From the human T2T-CHM13v2.0 reference genome, Homo sapiens, in the NCBI RefSeq assembly GCF_009914755.1, contig NC_060943.1: 64,000 nucleotides of DNA; one strand, written 5' to 3'. Below the pieces are notes generated by a model. It made no database searches and was not told the origin of the DNA. It saw only the letters and a program-made list of their open reading frames with translations. This document shows, one piece after another, positions 61,471 to 64,000 of this stretch. Each line of letters opens with the position of its first letter. Within the stretch, counting starts at the first letter, position 1. Made by a program: the position numbers and the translations under genes.

Positions 61471-62916
61471 GCTCAGCTCCGTCCTTCTGAAACCCGGAAT
61501 CCTCATGTGTCTGGGTCCCGCCCCATCCTGGCCTCCTACACCACTGGTCCAGATCCTCCACCTTCCCCCAACGCGAGGTATTGACATCAAAGCATCACCT
61601 CATCTGGCACAAGAATCTGAAACACAGACCGCACCTTACACCAACGTAGTGAATCCCTCCTTGGACCTGAGTTCAACAAGCCCAGAGTCGGGGCTCTGGG
61701 TTCCCGCCCAAATGCCACGCATGCACACAGATGGCACCTGGCGTCTCCTCAAAGGGACAGGAATCCCGGGCTTCCCAGAATCACCAGGTCGATTTAAATG
61801 GCATCAGATGAACTGGAAAAGAATGAAAGTGCTATTGCCTAAAGTGATGAAATTTTCAGAGGATGTATCGGTCCTGTCTGGTGGACAGACGGCCACCAGA
61901 GGGAATGAACCAGTCTTCTCTGAACATCCATGAGGATGAAGAACAGTCACTGAGGTGACGGTACCAAGTCACCGGCCACCTCCCAGGGATCCTCTCATCC
62001 GGTCCTCACAGCAGCGCTGCATGGTCGGACCTCATCACCCACATTCCACCAAGAGGAAGCTGAAGCCCGGGGCCTTCATCCACTCATGTCCTCCAGACCC
62101 CTGGCACCCATCCTGGGCCCCACCCCATCATCCAGGCCTTGGGCCTTCGACCTGGGGAGAGTCCCTGTCTCCTCCATGAGCCGTCCAGGGCCTGAAGAGG
62201 TATCCAATAAACAAGAAAGCAGAACACAAAGAGCTGTGATGGAGTGGATCTTATGTAGTAAGAATAAAATTATTTTGAGAAATTACTGGGTCACGTATTT
62301 ACCCACAGAAAAACAGAAGCAAACACACGCGTGCGCACACACACACACACACACACACCACACAGGCTGTCACGTGTCCTCAGCACAAAGTGCCTTGAGC
62401 AAGGCCATTGCTGGCCCCACACTTATCCTGACTGTGATCTTGCTGTGATCAGCACATCCCATCAGTGTGGCAACAGGTGTGGCCAGAGTGGGAACCAGGC
62501 CTTTTCTTCAGATTTGCTCTTTGTTCCTGAATAGCCACCGTCAGAACAGACACCCTCCTAGGAGTCACTTGATTAAAAATTTCCTTTTGGATATTTAGGT
62601 TGATGTTTTATCCATCGGTTAAAGTATAAATGTATATTTATTATAAAAGTGTAATTATGGCTCTAATTAATGATTATGGTGAATTTTACTAACTATAGCT
62701 ATGAAAATATTCCAATAGATAAAAACAGTGCTAAAAATGTACAGTTAATCCAAGAGTGGTAACTTTAAGTCTTGTAATTTTTGATCTAATAAATCTTCAT
62801 AAAATATACATGATCATGAAGTACATCAGTAGAATTAATCCTAATATTTACAGCAATACTTGGCGTGCTGTCTCTCATAAAAAATAACATTAATAGTAAA
62901 AAAAAAAGAAGAAATC

Positions 62917-63275
<359 letters not shown>

Positions 63276-63322
63276 TCATTTGGGGCATGACTATGTGAAG
63301 TAATAAATTTTGTTTGGGCATT

Positions 63323-63702
63323 AATATGGGATGACCTATGTCTCCCCCTAAATTCATGTGTTGAGGTCCTAACCCCAGTATCTCAGAATATAACTGTATT
63401 TGGAGATAAGGCCTTTGAAAAGGTGATTACAGTAAAAGGTCATATGAGCAGGACCTAATCCAAGCTGACTGGTGTCCTTATAAGAAGAGGAGATTAGGGC
63501 ACAGACACACACTCAGCGGCCATGTGAAGACACAGGGAGGAATTGGCCATGGATAAACCAAGGGATAGACCCTCAGAAAAAACCATCCTGCCAACACTTT
63601 GATCTCATGCTTCTGCCTTCCAGAACTGTGAGGAACTGAATTTCTCCTGTTCAAGCCACCCCTCTGGTGCCCTTGATTATGGCAGTCCTGGGGGATTAAC
63701 AC
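63323..63702 (+). mobile_element. MaLR LTR (MLT1B/C-like)
   Basis: CCCCCTAAATTCATGTGTTGAGGTCCTAACCCC...GACTGGTGTCCTTATAAGAAGAGGAGATTAGG. Confidence 0.82.
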
Positions 63703-64000
63703 AGGCAGAAGGAAAATGAAGGATGCAAGAGTCAGAGAAAGGAAGAAAATGAAATGTAATTTCTCCTCAAACAATTTTCAAAATAATGGACTTTGGGAAA
63801 ACACTTTCAGGAAATTATTCTAAACTGGGTGTTTGACGTTTTATTCTAAACTGGGTGTTTAGTGTTTTAAGTGTTTTGAAGTTTTTACTATTAATAGAAC
63901 TATTTGAATAGTTGAAGAGGAAACATATTTGAAACCTGATGATATTATGACTCCTGGCTAAGGTTCTGTAACCAATGGAAAGTCTTGACTGTGAGTTGTC

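Overview
Human (primate) genomic DNA from the IGF-like family (IGFL) cluster, by recall on chr19q13.3. The window holds the last three coding exons and 3' end of IGFL2 (+ strand; exon 1 lies upstream of the window) and two non-processed IGFL1-like pseudogene copies (about 43.6-45.0 kb and 60.9-61.3 kb). The rest is mostly interspersed repeats: L1, Alu, MIR, MaLR, an ERV-L pol relic, MER11/LTR13/LTR9/LTR26/MER4-group solo LTRs, a truncated HERV-H with an LTR7-type LTR, a Tigger7/MER44 and a piggyBac MER85. Main observations: (1) a 15-copy 63-bp tandem array whose unit contains the TTAA target site plus the terminal inverted repeat of the adjoining MER85 element; (2) a candidate minus-strand LTR-to-LTR transcript running antisense over the first pseudogene; (3) compensating frameshifts that leave a 93-codon spliced ORF in that pseudogene, which itself appears inserted into a split LTR; (4) repeated, partly inverted non-transposon modules carrying AP-1/TEAD/NF-kB-like motifs; (5) an IGFL2 poly(A) signal supplied by ERV-L reverse-transcriptase codons. 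Repeat subfamily names are from memory of consensus sequences and most repeat boundaries are approximate. Nearly all other ORFs in the supplied track are repeat-derived or spurious.
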